Notes: generated from the sequence alone by a model not told the origin. 64,000 nt of DNA from Selenomonadaceae bacterium (GCA_037189585.1 JBBCJA010000012.1:133332-197331); one strand, 5' to 3'; positions 37,752 to 47,454 are shown, counted from the stretch's first letter. Program-made: numbers and translations.

Positions 37752-39553
37752 GGCGTTCGCAGAACTTCTAGAAAAAGCTCGCCGTAGCGCTCCAGCTTGG
37801 AGCGTCCGACCCCGCTGACGCGGGAAAGCGCGGAAGCTGTGGTCGGGCGCTCGAGCACCATTTCTCTCAAGGTACTGTCATGAAAGATCATGTACGGTGG
37901 AATCTCTTGTTCACGGGCCAGTTTCAAACGTAAGGCGCGAAGACTCTCCCAAAGCTGACCCTCTTCCGGTGTGCTCCAGGAGATATCATTCCCTCGCTTG
38001 GCGGGAGCCTTCCTAGAGCTCTTTTCGGTAGAATCTCGGCGAACCTCAAATCGTGTCTCGCCTTTCAAAAGTGAGGACGCTTGAGGACCCAGCTGAAGCC
38101 CTCCATGGCCGTCGGGACAAGGATTCAGGTGATGAGCCGCCACCAGTTGGCGCACCAAACTCGACCACTCTCGGGTAGAGAGATCCCCCCCGATCCCGAA
38201 AACGGACAACTGATCATGGCGTTGCTCCGTCAACCGCTCGGAAATTTTTCCCTGGAGCACTTCGATCAGATATCCTGCACCGAATCGTTGCCCGGTCCTG
38301 TAGCAACAGGAGAGAAGTTTCTGAGCTGGCACCGTGGCGTCCCATGTGACTGGAGGAGCCAGACAGTTGTCACAATTACCGCACCTCTCCACGGCCGATT
38401 CGTCAAAGTAAGCCAACAACTGGCGGCGACGGCATCCCGCGGTTTCACAATAGCCCAGCATCTGTTGTAGCTTGTGGGCCTCTCGCTTTTGGATCTCCAA
38501 AGGAGCGGTGGAACTCGCGGCGAGCCCTCGTAAGCCCACCACGTCCTGCAAGCCGTAGGCCATCCAAGCGTTGGCCGCCAGTCCGTCACGTCCGGCCCGC
38601 CCCGTCTCCTGGTAGTAGGCTTCCAAGCTCTTCGGCATGTCCAAGTGGGCGACGAACCTGACGTTACTCTTATCGATCCCCATTCCGAACGCGACAGTGG
38701 CCACCACCACCACGTTCTCTTCCCGCACGAAGGTCCGTCCTACATCGGTGCGGAGCTGGGGGTCGAGACCGGCGTGATAGGCCATGGCCCGCCAACCATT
38801 GCGGTTGAGAAACTCCGCGACCTTCTCCGTTTTGGACCGAGTCTGAACGTACACGATGCCGGAATCTCCCTGATGATGGGTGTTCAAGAACTCCAGCAAC
38901 TGGGCGGTGGCGTTATCCTTGACGGTCACGTGATAGGTAATGTTGGGCCTATCGAAGCTAGAGCGGACGACGGTGGGGCTTCTCAGCGGAAGGCGCTCCA
39001 CGATGTCGGTCTGGGTTCGGGCGTCGGCGGTGGCCGTCAAGGCGATCCGGGGAACCCCGGGAGCGGCGCTCCAAAGCTGGTGAAGCTGCATGTACTCGGG
39101 GCGAAAATCGTGTCCCCACTGGCTCACGCAGTGCGCCTCGTCAACGGCGAAAAGACTCACCTTAACCCTCTGGAGCAAGTCCAAGAACCGCGGTGTGACC
39201 GCCCGCTCGGGAGCCACGTAGAGAAGGTCGCACTGACCCCGCTCCAGAGCCCACTCGGCGTCGCGAACCTCCTCCCAGGCCAAATTGGAATGCAAGGCGA
39301 TGGCCTTGACCCCCATCTGAACCAGAGCCTGCACCTGGTCGTCCATCAAGGCGATCAGGGGAGAGATGACGATCGCGGTCCCCTCCAGGGCAACACCGGG
39401 GAGCTGATAACAAAGAGATTTACCGCCACCGGTGGGAGCCAGCACGAAGGTGTCCCGACCGGACAAAACAGAAGCGATCGCTTCCTCCTGGCGGCCCCGA
39501 AAGGTGGGAAAGCCGAACACTTCGGCTAGCGTCGTCTCCAGTTGGGCCAACAT
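37748..39553 (-). CDS. recQ: ATP-dependent DNA helicase RecQ
   Basis: APTGGGKSLCYQLP, DEAHCVSQWGHDFRPEY, a Zn-binding Cys cluster (CRRRQLL..CGNCDNC) and a C-terminal HRDC domain. Confidence 0.9.
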   Translation of the reverse strand: MLAQLETTLAEVFGFPTFRGRQEEAIASVLSGRDTFVLAPTGGGKSLCYQLPGVALEGTAIVISPLIALMDDQVQALVQMGVKAIALHSNLAWEEVRDAEWALERGQCDLLYVAPERAVTPRFLDLLQRVKVSLFAVDEAHCVSQWGHDFRPEYMQLHQLWSAAPGVPRIALTATADARTQTDIVERLPLRSPTVVRSSFDRPNITYHVTVKDNATAQLLEFLNTHHQGDSGIVYVQTRSKTEKVAEFLNRNGWRAMAYHAGLDPQLRTDVGRTFVREENVVVVATVAFGMGIDKSNVRFVAHLDMPKSLEAYYQETGRAGRDGLAANAWMAYGLQDVVGLRGLAASSTAPLEIQKREAHKLQQMLGYCETAGCRRRQLLAYFDESAVERCGNCDNCLAPPVTWDATVPAQKLLSCCYRTGQRFGAGYLIEVLQGKISERLTEQRHDQLSVFGIGGDLSTREWSSLVRQLVAAHHLNPCPDGHGGLQLGPQASSLLKGETRFEVRRDSTEKSSRKAPAKRGNDISWSTPEEGQLWESLRALRLKLAREQEIPPYMIFHDSTLREMVLERPTTASALSRVSGVGRSKLERYGELFLEVLRTP

Positions 39554-39588
39554 GGCGGTCCCTTTGCCTATCTCTCGAGACGCCCCTC

Positions 39589-39816
39589 TTGTTTCATAAA
39601 ATCAATCCAGCGCGGTCGAATGTTGCTCAAAACGATCTTTTCAATTGGATCGATCATGCCTCGCTTGTGAACTCATGGACATGGGTCACGGGTTACGTGG
39701 CCGCGCTGTTCACCGCTACCATGATTTGGAAAAAGGTAACGGAGAAGCGAAAGGTCGAACGGAACTCGAGGGTACCATTGATGCCGGAGCCTTCACTCTT
39801 CTCCAAAAACGGCTAG
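39589..39816 (+). CDS. possible small membrane protein
   Basis: TTG start and one hydrophobic helix (WTWVTGYVAALFTATMIW) followed by a basic stretch. I see no RBS. Confidence 0.2.
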   Translation: MFHKINPARSNVAQNDLFNWIDHASLVNSWTWVTGYVAALFTATMIWKKVTEKRKVERNSRVPLMPEPSLFSKNG

Positions 39817-39838
39817 CCTTCCGCCGTTCGAACGGGGG

Positions 39839-40423
39839 TTAAGAATCGGCGGCCGACAGTTGAGCCAAAAACGCTTCGGCCTCGGCCAGCTTGCGGGAGC
39901 GCTCTTCCACCATCTGATGGAGGTTGCTGTTGAGATCGGTCAACTTCTGATTCGCCGCCTCGAGCTCCCGAATTTTCTCAAGCATGTCGTCCATATACTG
40001 GTCCAGCGTGGCGCGCATTCGTAAGGAAAGAACTTTGATCAACGTCATGCCCAACTCGGGACGGCCCGAGAGCAACGTGAGAAAGCGAGAGCGATCGAAA
40101 ACGAGCACCGAGACCCTTCCCTTGGCGCGCATGTCGGCGATTCTCGGCCGCTGCTCTAGAACCGCCATCTCCCCAACGATCTCGCCCACCGTGGGAGTTC
40201 CCAATAGTCGGGTGGCTCCATCGCGATGCATGATGACTTCGACATCACCACCCATGACGAGATAGGCTTCCTGCCCGACCTCTCCCTGCTTGGCCAGGTA
40301 GTCGCCGTCGGAGTAAACCCTGTACTCCAAAGTCTCGAGCAGCAGATCGTACTCTTCGTTGGCCAGGGCGTCGAAGGTCGACTGAACTGCCTGTCGCGCC
40401 TGAGTTCCCTGATTTTCGCTCAT
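39839..40423 (-). CDS. cyclic-nucleotide-binding domain protein with a C-terminal coiled coil
   Basis: GEIVGEMAVLEQRPRIADMRA (the cNMP phosphate-binding-cassette region), followed by a heptad-rich tail. The start ATG at 40423 (MSENQG) is preceded by GGAGGG. Confidence 0.7.
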   Translation of the reverse strand: MSENQGTQARQAVQSTFDALANEEYDLLLETLEYRVYSDGDYLAKQGEVGQEAYLVMGGDVEVIMHRDGATRLLGTPTVGEIVGEMAVLEQRPRIADMRAKGRVSVLVFDRSRFLTLLSGRPELGMTLIKVLSLRMRATLDQYMDDMLEKIRELEAANQKLTDLNSNLHQMVEERSRKLAEAEAFLAQLSAADS

Positions 40424-40442
40424 TCTCGTTCCCTCCGCGAGG

Positions 40443-41150
40443 TCATCGTTTGTTCTTCGACCAATCAAAAGAGCTGACGAAAAATTCCATCTCTTCGTCA
40501 AAAGAGCCTAGGCTCTCCACCAGTTCGCTTGTCAATCGGTTTTTGGTCAAAAGATAGGCAGGGTTGGGAAGCGCGCCCAGGTTGGCTGCCACCTGATGGG
40601 CCCTCGAGATAGCGTGGCCCGGCTCAGCCACCGACTGCAGGTAGCCCACCCTTTCCGCTTCACTCGGTGGATAAAGTCTTCCGTGAAGCGCCGCCTCGAT
40701 GATGTGGCGTTTGGAAACGCTGTGCTCGGCCAGCCGGATGACAAAAGTGGGAAGCGGCATACCGAGCGGAACTTCGGAGAGACCGATCTTAAAATCTCCC
40801 GGCTCCCCGACCCGATGGTCGCAACAGAGAAGAATCACCGTTCCGCCGGCGATGGCGTGCCCAGTCACCGCGGCCACCACCGGCCTGGGGTAGGCCAAAA
40901 GAATGCGGCAAAGGCCAGTGAACTGTCCCAGGGTGGCTCGAAACTCCTGGGGAGGCAAGGTGGGAAGCGTCCTCAGATCGAGACCGCCCGAGAAGGTCCC
41001 CTCTCGACCACTCAAGACTACGGCCTTGGCTCCTTTGGCCTCTTCCAGCGCTTGCTCCAAAGCGGTTAAAGAAGCCGAGTTTAGGACGTTGGCCTTACCG
41101 TCGTCGAAATGAAGATGGGCGATGTCGTTGTCGAAAGTAAGCTCGATCAC
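40443..41150 (-). CDS. enoyl-CoA hydratase/isomerase (crotonase) family protein
   Basis: NVLNSASLTALEQAL, VLSGREGTFSGGLDL, VVAAVTGHAIAGGTVILLCCD. Confidence 0.8.
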   Translation of the reverse strand: MIELTFDNDIAHLHFDDGKANVLNSASLTALEQALEEAKGAKAVVLSGREGTFSGGLDLRTLPTLPPQEFRATLGQFTGLCRILLAYPRPVVAAVTGHAIAGGTVILLCCDHRVGEPGDFKIGLSEVPLGMPLPTFVIRLAEHSVSKRHIIEAALHGRLYPPSEAERVGYLQSVAEPGHAISRAHQVAANLGALPNPAYLLTKNRLTSELVESLGSFDEEMEFFVSSFDWSKNKR

Positions 41151-41461
41151 GTGGGAAAAATCCTCGCTAGTTCCAGGCTTTGGTCGGTCAACGGCAATGT
41201 GACCGTTTCCTCGGGACGATAGAATGTTCGACTTTTATATCCGCCGCTCTGGGGCCCCGAATAGGCTTCCAGCACCATGTCCTTAAGATTGAAGATCCGT
41301 CCGATAGTGAGGGCGTGAGGTCGCTTTTGTGGTCTCAAACGTACGATCTCCCCGTGGACAAGCTCGACCCTCTGGTCATCGAAGAATCCCATGTCGGCCA
41401 GGCGATAGTATTCGTCCGCGTCCAAGATTTCAGTTGAACTGTCATGCCTAAAGTATGTCAC
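41147..41461 (-). CDS. Uma2-family remnant lacking the central nuclease core
   Basis: The N-terminal DEYYRLADMGFFDDQRVELVHGEIV and the C-terminal EAYSGPQSGGYKSRTFYRPEETVTLPL..LELARIF match the two ends of Uma2 (DUF820) proteins. The ~90-aa middle is absent, giving 104 aa in total. It has an ATGA overlap with the crotonase gene. Confidence 0.5.
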   Translation of the reverse strand: MTYFRHDSSTEILDADEYYRLADMGFFDDQRVELVHGEIVRLRPQKRPHALTIGRIFNLKDMVLEAYSGPQSGGYKSRTFYRPEETVTLPLTDQSLELARIFPT

Positions 41462-41494
41462 CCCACCGCGCGCTTGTCGACCCGAGGACCTGGC

Positions 41495-43852
41495 CTACAT
41501 CATCATGCGGGCGCGGTGATAGAACTCGATCATCACGGTTTCCGGTTCGGTGTCGTAATGCTGCTTGAGAGCTTTCTCGCATTCGTGGAACTGATCGATG
41601 GCGGCCTCGGGGCGTCCGCCGTCCATCAGAGCCTTCATGGCCAACAGATGAGCTTCCTGACGCGCCGGCTCCAAGGTCAACACCTTACGGGCCGCCTCCA
41701 CCGCGTCGCGGTGATCGCCCGAGTCGAGGTGCAGTTGAGCCAACTGAAGGGCGCCGTCGGAGGTCTTGCGCTCGAGCTCCAGGCGTCTTCTCAGAGCCCA
41801 ATCGAGATAACAGCCTTCCAGGTAAGGCCCGCGGTAAACCTCGAGAGCGGCCGTCAATTCGGCCTTGGTCCGATCGGTCTCGCCTTTCTCGAAGGCCGTC
41901 TGAGCCGAGGCGAAATGTTTCTCCAACACGTTGACGTCGTGCCAGATGGAGATGGCGGGGTTGGCCCTGAGAGTCTCTCCCACGCGCTCGATCACCTCGG
42001 CCTGAAAGCCCAAAGCCTTGAAGATTCGACGGATGGCCGAAGTGGACCAGTAAAGACCCTTCTTGTCCGGAGTCTCGGTTTCCGTCCACAAGGCGTCAAG
42101 AAGGATCTCCTCGTGCCACTGGCGTCCCCACTCGTAACCGAGGAAAGCGAAGAGATAGCGGGTCCTCTGAGTTCTCCAGGTACGGTCGGGAATGGTCTCG
42201 CCACCGCACTGAACCTCGAACGGTCCCAGCGAGGAGAGGCGGACCAGTGAGGGCGCGGCGACCGCTTCCACCCGAACCCCGAGCTGTTTAGCCACATCGC
42301 GGACCTCGCCGGCCTGGTCCTGGGTGAGGAGCTTCCAAACCGACTCGGGCAGCTGCTGCTGCTCGCCATTGAGGATACGAACCAGGGCGACGCGATGCTC
42401 GGAGGAAAGAAGCTGGTCCTCCAAGAGGCGGGCGAAAAGTCTGGGCAGATGATTAATGAAACGCCCCAAAAATCCCGGACTGGGATGCTTGCTCAATGTC
42501 TCGATCAAGGCGGGGATAAACCATAGAGCGTGCTTTTGGATATCGACCGAGAGACTGGGCGAAAGCAAACGCTGCACGATGGCTTTCCAACGCTCGGCCT
42601 CGACAGGCTCTCCCTCGGCGATGAGAGCCACCGCTGAAAGCGCCACGGCATCGGAAAACCCAAACTTAATCAAGGACGGAACGGCGCGACGCAGCAAGGC
42701 ACGCGCGTTCTTGTCGCCTACCTGACGCAACAACAGTCCGCCGTGATAGTCGGTCAAACAGGAACGAAACCGTCCAATGGAAGCCGCCTGTTCAGTCGCC
42801 TTGGCCACCCACTGCAACACCGCCTCGCGATTGCCGCGCAGCACAGCCAAACGAGCCAGCCCGAGCTCGGCCTCCACCACCGCCTCGGCTTCCGGTTTGT
42901 GCGCCAGAAGCTCTCGATAGCCGGCCTCGGCGCCGGTGATGTCACCGGCCCGCTCCAAAGCTTGAGCGATGGCCAGGAAACTCTCGCTCTTTTGTGGAGC
43001 GGACTGGGTTCGGGGCGCGGCGCTATGTTGCAGACTGCGCTCGGAGCGCAGAAGAGCCACCAACTCTTTGTCAAGGCCGGGCGAATCGAGGTCGCCCTCC
43101 TCCACCGCCATCTTGACGATGCGGACGATACGCGCCTCCAGCGGCGGCCTCGGCTCCTCGTCAAAAGGGCGGGCGTAATGCTGCAAAGCCTCGGAAAGCG
43201 AGGCCAGTTGCCCACCCGAATCGGTCAAAGCAGTGCGCAGGTCGCCCACCGATTCCTCCGGCAAGATGGTGAGCACGGCCGCGGCCGCCACTTGGCGCAG
43301 CACTCCCGCCTCGAGACCAGCGGCTCCCCCCAGGCGCATGGCTAGCTCACGCGCCTTTCGAACTTTCTCTGGTTGGCGCTCCTCGTGATGCCCGGAGAAG
43401 GCCTGGCATAGGGCCTGAACGGCCGTCATCAAGACCGAGGCGCCTTCTTGTTCGACGTTGCGCTCTTTTTGATTCTGGCGGCGCTTGTGAAGCTGCTGCT
43501 GGACTAGTTCCAGGAACCGCTGGGTCTCGAAAGGCTTCCTCAGAAAACCGCCCACACCCAATTTCTCGGCCCTGGCGTCATCCTCGAGCGAGGAGTATCC
43601 CGAAACCAGGAGAGTCCCGACCTCGGGCTGGTCTTTACGCGCCTCACTCAGCACCTGGATACCATCCGGGCCATCGACCCGCACATCGGCCACAATCAAG
43701 TCGAAATCGCTACTTTTGGCCGCCTCGATAGCCTGAAAGCCCGTCTCCACCGCGGTGACATCGTAGTCCTGATAAGTCAGAATCTGCTGCAGAATGGTCC
43801 GCATCTCCGGATCATCTTCCAGCAGGAGAATCTTCACTCGAGTGGCTTCCAT
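41495..43852 (-). CDS. response regulator: REC + helical/TPR-like region + OmpR-type winged helix + BTAD (SARP-like)
   Basis: REC domain: KILLLEDDPEMR..DLIVADVRV..FLRKPF. C-terminus: LGPFEVQCGGETIPDRTWRTQRTRYLFAFL, then YRGPYLEGCYLDWALRRRLELE..EAHLLAMKALMDGGRPEAAIDQFHECEKAL (BTAD). Confidence 0.8.
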   Translation of the reverse strand: MEATRVKILLLEDDPEMRTILQQILTYQDYDVTAVETGFQAIEAAKSSDFDLIVADVRVDGPDGIQVLSEARKDQPEVGTLLVSGYSSLEDDARAEKLGVGGFLRKPFETQRFLELVQQQLHKRRQNQKERNVEQEGASVLMTAVQALCQAFSGHHEERQPEKVRKARELAMRLGGAAGLEAGVLRQVAAAAVLTILPEESVGDLRTALTDSGGQLASLSEALQHYARPFDEEPRPPLEARIVRIVKMAVEEGDLDSPGLDKELVALLRSERSLQHSAAPRTQSAPQKSESFLAIAQALERAGDITGAEAGYRELLAHKPEAEAVVEAELGLARLAVLRGNREAVLQWVAKATEQAASIGRFRSCLTDYHGGLLLRQVGDKNARALLRRAVPSLIKFGFSDAVALSAVALIAEGEPVEAERWKAIVQRLLSPSLSVDIQKHALWFIPALIETLSKHPSPGFLGRFINHLPRLFARLLEDQLLSSEHRVALVRILNGEQQQLPESVWKLLTQDQAGEVRDVAKQLGVRVEAVAAPSLVRLSSLGPFEVQCGGETIPDRTWRTQRTRYLFAFLGYEWGRQWHEEILLDALWTETETPDKKGLYWSTSAIRRIFKALGFQAEVIERVGETLRANPAISIWHDVNVLEKHFASAQTAFEKGETDRTKAELTAALEVYRGPYLEGCYLDWALRRRLELERKTSDGALQLAQLHLDSGDHRDAVEAARKVLTLEPARQEAHLLAMKALMDGGRPEAAIDQFHECEKALKQHYDTEPETVMIEFYHRARMMM

Positions 43853-43935
43853 AGTGTCCTTTCAGGGCTTTCGGGCTGTCAGCGTTCGGAAGTTTTCGGC
43901 TTCGGCAAAAAGATGCCAGGACCCCTCCCTCGCCT

Positions 43936-46368
43936 CTAGACCGTTCCCATTCCGCCTTGCTCGGTCTGGGCCTTCCGCGCGGAGGGCGTCCCGGCCAGAG
44001 GAACTCTGATCATAAAGGATGCCCCGCCTCCGGCGGGATCTTCTCCCAAAACAATGTCGCCACCCCACTTGAGCAAGTTCTGGCGGGAGAGAGCCAGACC
44101 CAAACCGTTACCCTGCCCGATCTTCTTGGTGGTAAAAAACGGTTCAAAGATACGCTCGCGAAGCTCGAACGGTACCCCGGATCCGTTATCGGAGATGGTT
44201 ACAACGGCGAAATCGCCCGCACTCTCCAGGGCGATGGACATCCGCTTTTCTCCCGTCTGTCCGTCGTTGACGGCATCAATACCATTCTTCAAGACGTTGA
44301 CCACGGCCCAGTAGAGATCCTGAAGCACGACAAAGACCACCTGATCTCCCGTGAGGCGGTGAGCCGCCAGCTTGATAATGGAAGCCCGCAGATAGGGCTG
44401 AACCGAAGCTACGGCATCTCTTAAAATCGGAAGAATAGCCAGACTCTCCGGCTTGGTCGGCAGTTCGCCGTGGTCGACCGGGCGGCTTGTGATCAAAAGC
44501 CGGTCGGTCACCTCGCGACACCGGTCCACCGAGCGCAGAATGGACATGAGCCCTTGTTTGGCCGGCTCCGGAGTGGATTCACCCTGGAAGAATTTCACCT
44601 GTTCGGCGGCTAGGCGGATGGCGCCCAGAGGTGTGTTGAGCTCGTGCGCGGCGTTCGCCGCCAACCGTCCGGCGGCGGCCCACTGAGACGAGCGGACCAC
44701 TTCTTGCTGAGTGTCCTTGAGTTTGGTCAGCGACGACTTGATCCGGCGATGGAGCGTTCCGTTTTCCAAGGTCTTGTCCAGAAAGTCCTTTAAAAGGGTA
44801 CACCACTCCAGGTCGCTCTGGGTGAAGTTATTCGGCCGACTGGAAAGACAGAGCACGTTGCCGGCCGGTCCGTTCCCTCGGAGATAAAGGAAGCTAGGCC
44901 ATTCCCGCTCCTGAAAGGTCAAGAGCCCTCGCTCGTCCGGACCTTTCCTCAAATCGGGAGCTCGAAACACCACCTGCTCGGCTCTCGTGAGTTGTCGCAT
45001 CGTGTCGCTAGCCTGGCGCATTAACTCCGCGTCGGAGGACAGCGAGGCCTCGGTCAGGGTCTCGAAGCTCGAGATCAAAGAACGCAGGTTCTGATTCTGT
45101 TCGGCGACTTTCTCCTTCTCCTGGGCCACCAGCTCTTTCTCCTGAGCCTCACGATGAGCCAACTCCCTGACTTCGGCCAAACGCCTCAGGGCCAGGGCCG
45201 CGCTACCCGCGTGGCGTCCGACGGCGGAGAAAAATCCGTCCAGGAATTCGGGGAAGGCCTCGGACTCGCTGTGACCTAGAAAAAGCCACCCTTCCTGGCC
45301 CAAGGCCACGGTCAGAAAACTTCTCTTGCCTTGCCAGAGGGGTGCGTTCCAAGGGGGACGTGGAGACAGTCCGACTCGAACCACCGGTGGAAGAGGGTCT
45401 CCAGGCTTGACCCCATGCGCCGCCGCGGTGATATCACAGATCACGCGGCTGACCCGCTGTCCGGCAAGATCGGCGAACATCACCAGAACAACATCGGCTC
45501 CGATCAGGCGCCGGCACTCTTCGATCAGAAAGCGCCCCAGGTCTTGAGCCGCTTTAGCCTCGTCAAGCTGCCGGCCGAGACCGTTGAGCAGTTCCAACTG
45601 CTTCTCGCGACGCTCCAACAACACGCCCTTACGGCGCGACTCCCGCTCGCTCTCCTGGCGAGCGCGTTGAGTTTTTTCCACCTCGCTCTTGGTGGTGTCC
45701 AGCTGTTTCTGCAACTGAAAATATCGCCGCAGCATCGCCGTATCGACCGTCGTCAAAAGAAAAAGCAGTGGAATCGTGAGCAGTACGTAAGCCAGCGCCA
45801 ATTCGGCCAAAGAGCGCAGCATCAGGGCTACCGCGGGGAAAGAGACCACCAGGAAGAGGTCGGCCCGAAAGGGCGGTTCGGTGGAGCGGGTCAAAAGCGA
45901 GACCACCAGAAAAGCCCAGGTCGCGAAAAAGTAGGTGTCGAGATCCCATTCGGCCCGAGCCGAGAGAAAAAGCGCCGTGCAGGCCGCCGGCAGCAAGCTT
46001 CTGCCAGCTTGCGCCACCACGCTGGTGGAAATTCGCGAAGTCGCGACAAGGCAGATGGTGGCCATCAAGTCCACCAGCAACGCGACGTAGGGAGGGATGC
46101 CGGGAGTGACCAGCAGAGCCAGCACCACAATCGGGCTGATCCGCTGCAAGCTGACCCGGCGAGAAGCTCCGACGAAAAGGTCCAAACCGACCGCGCTGAC
46201 AAGGTAGATAGCCACTAAGGCGGGCGGCTTCTCCATTGGAGTCGCCGGCCCGGAGCGCAGGAAGTAGAACAAGAAAGAGCCCAAGCCGAGCATCACCCAT
46301 AGGGTGGCCATCAAAGATGTTGGGCCTTCTTCGAGAGGAGCCTCCTCAGACCGGCGTTGCTCCGACAT
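43936..46368 (-). CDS. multi-TM sensor histidine kinase with a GAF-like domain
   Basis: About 6-8 N-terminal TM helices, a coiled coil, and a GAF-like segment. H-box AAHELNTPLGAIRLAAEQ. HATPase motifs: NGIDA, DNGSGV, GQGNGLGL. Confidence 0.8.
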   Translation of the reverse strand: MSEQRRSEEAPLEEGPTSLMATLWVMLGLGSFLFYFLRSGPATPMEKPPALVAIYLVSAVGLDLFVGASRRVSLQRISPIVVLALLVTPGIPPYVALLVDLMATICLVATSRISTSVVAQAGRSLLPAACTALFLSARAEWDLDTYFFATWAFLVVSLLTRSTEPPFRADLFLVVSFPAVALMLRSLAELALAYVLLTIPLLFLLTTVDTAMLRRYFQLQKQLDTTKSEVEKTQRARQESERESRRKGVLLERREKQLELLNGLGRQLDEAKAAQDLGRFLIEECRRLIGADVVLVMFADLAGQRVSRVICDITAAAHGVKPGDPLPPVVRVGLSPRPPWNAPLWQGKRSFLTVALGQEGWLFLGHSESEAFPEFLDGFFSAVGRHAGSAALALRRLAEVRELAHREAQEKELVAQEKEKVAEQNQNLRSLISSFETLTEASLSSDAELMRQASDTMRQLTRAEQVVFRAPDLRKGPDERGLLTFQEREWPSFLYLRGNGPAGNVLCLSSRPNNFTQSDLEWCTLLKDFLDKTLENGTLHRRIKSSLTKLKDTQQEVVRSSQWAAAGRLAANAAHELNTPLGAIRLAAEQVKFFQGESTPEPAKQGLMSILRSVDRCREVTDRLLITSRPVDHGELPTKPESLAILPILRDAVASVQPYLRASIIKLAAHRLTGDQVVFVVLQDLYWAVVNVLKNGIDAVNDGQTGEKRMSIALESAGDFAVVTISDNGSGVPFELRERIFEPFFTTKKIGQGNGLGLALSRQNLLKWGGDIVLGEDPAGGGASFMIRVPLAGTPSARKAQTEQGGMGTV

Positions 46369-46384
46369 GAACGCCGCTTTTCGG

Positions 46385-46912
46385 CTAGATGCTCCCGCTA
46401 TCCTCGACCCGAATGACGCGAAACGACCTATCGGGGTCGTCGGGGAAGCGGGGATCGGCCATCACGATCTCATAGGTCATGACGCGTTCCGCCAAGGGGT
46501 GCTGCGTACGCGAACCGACCTTACCGATACAGGTCACTTGATAGATCCCGTGAGGAACATTCAGACTCACATCATGACGCGCGACACTGACATCGACGAT
46601 CACGGTGTACAATCCAATCATCTCCTGCCCGCCGCCGACGGCGGCATAGACGTCTTCCGAGTAAGCGAAGTAGGTCTGCCCATCCACCAACTGAGGGAAA
46701 AGGATGTCTTTTCCCAACTTGACTCGCACATCTTCCCAAGCCGCCTCGCACAGCGCCTTAGCCTGGACGGCATTGGCCTGACCCCGAGCGACCCGCATAC
46801 GAGCCGACTGGCTCGACATCAAGCCTAAGCCTAGCGCGAGTAGAACCGCGAACAGCATCAACGCGGCGATGATGAGCGAACCTCGTTGGCCGAGTCGTTT
46901 CAAGCCTTTCAT
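46385..46912 (-). CDS. PilX/GspK-like pseudopilin (no Glu+5)
   Basis: The start MKGLKRLGQRG|SLIIAALMLFAVLLALGLGL is in an ATGA overlap. The sequence is PilX_N-like, followed by ANAVQAKALCEAA. Confidence 0.55.
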   Translation of the reverse strand: MKGLKRLGQRGSLIIAALMLFAVLLALGLGLMSSQSARMRVARGQANAVQAKALCEAAWEDVRVKLGKDILFPQLVDGQTYFAYSEDVYAAVGGGQEMIGLYTVIVDVSVARHDVSLNVPHGIYQVTCIGKVGSRTQHPLAERVMTYEIVMADPRFPDDPDRSFRVIRVEDSGSI

Positions 46913-47454
46913 CGAGGGACTCCGGGACAGACGACGATGGTCTCGAAGGTAACCGGACGACGCGTCTCCCAAATAGTTAGGGCCACTCTATAGGCACCTT
47001 CCCGGGTGCCTAAGCGAGTGACGGCGAAGGTGTTAACCTTGGTAGCGATCTCCAAGGGAGTCTCGCTACCAACTTGGCGGGTCACTTTCTGGCCCGACGA
47101 TGAGTAGTTATAGTTAATCATAACCTGGAAGCCCGCGGGATATGTAACAGCCCAGCTGGTCGGGTCGGGGTCATTCGGCACATTCCCCACCGCGGGAGAT
47201 GACGAGGGGATGACCTTCCGAAAGCTGACTCCACTGGTACGGTCTGGGACGGAGACCGCCTCCTTCAGCTCAGAGGCCAGACGCTGGCAGGCCAGGGTCG
47301 CGCTTTCGGTGGTCGCGCTCTTTTCCTGGAGAAACTTCAAGGTCGAAAGCGTCTCACTGGTCAACTTCCCCACACAGTAGAGCATCGCGGCGGTCAAGAA
47401 CAAAACGATCATCGTTTCGATCAAGCTAAAACCTCGAGCATCGCGCCTTCTCAT
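46909..47454 (-). CDS. pseudopilin (GspJ-like size)
   Basis: MRRRDARG|FSLIETMIVLFLTAAML with Glu at +5. The start codon overlaps the upstream stop by 1 nt. Confidence 0.65.
   Translation of the reverse strand: MRRRDARGFSLIETMIVLFLTAAMLYCVGKLTSETLSTLKFLQEKSATTESATLACQRLASELKEAVSVPDRTSGVSFRKVIPSSSPAVGNVPNDPDPTSWAVTYPAGFQVMINYNYSSSGQKVTRQVGSETPLEIATKVNTFAVTRLGTREGAYRVALTIWETRRPVTFETIVVCPGVPR

Noticed and set aside
39821-39838. The palindrome CCGCCGTTCGAACGGGGG between convergent genes, as a possible bidirectional terminator.
   Set aside because: Only ~6 bp can pair around a 4-nt loop, there is one mismatch, and there is no U-tract on either strand. That is too weak to call.
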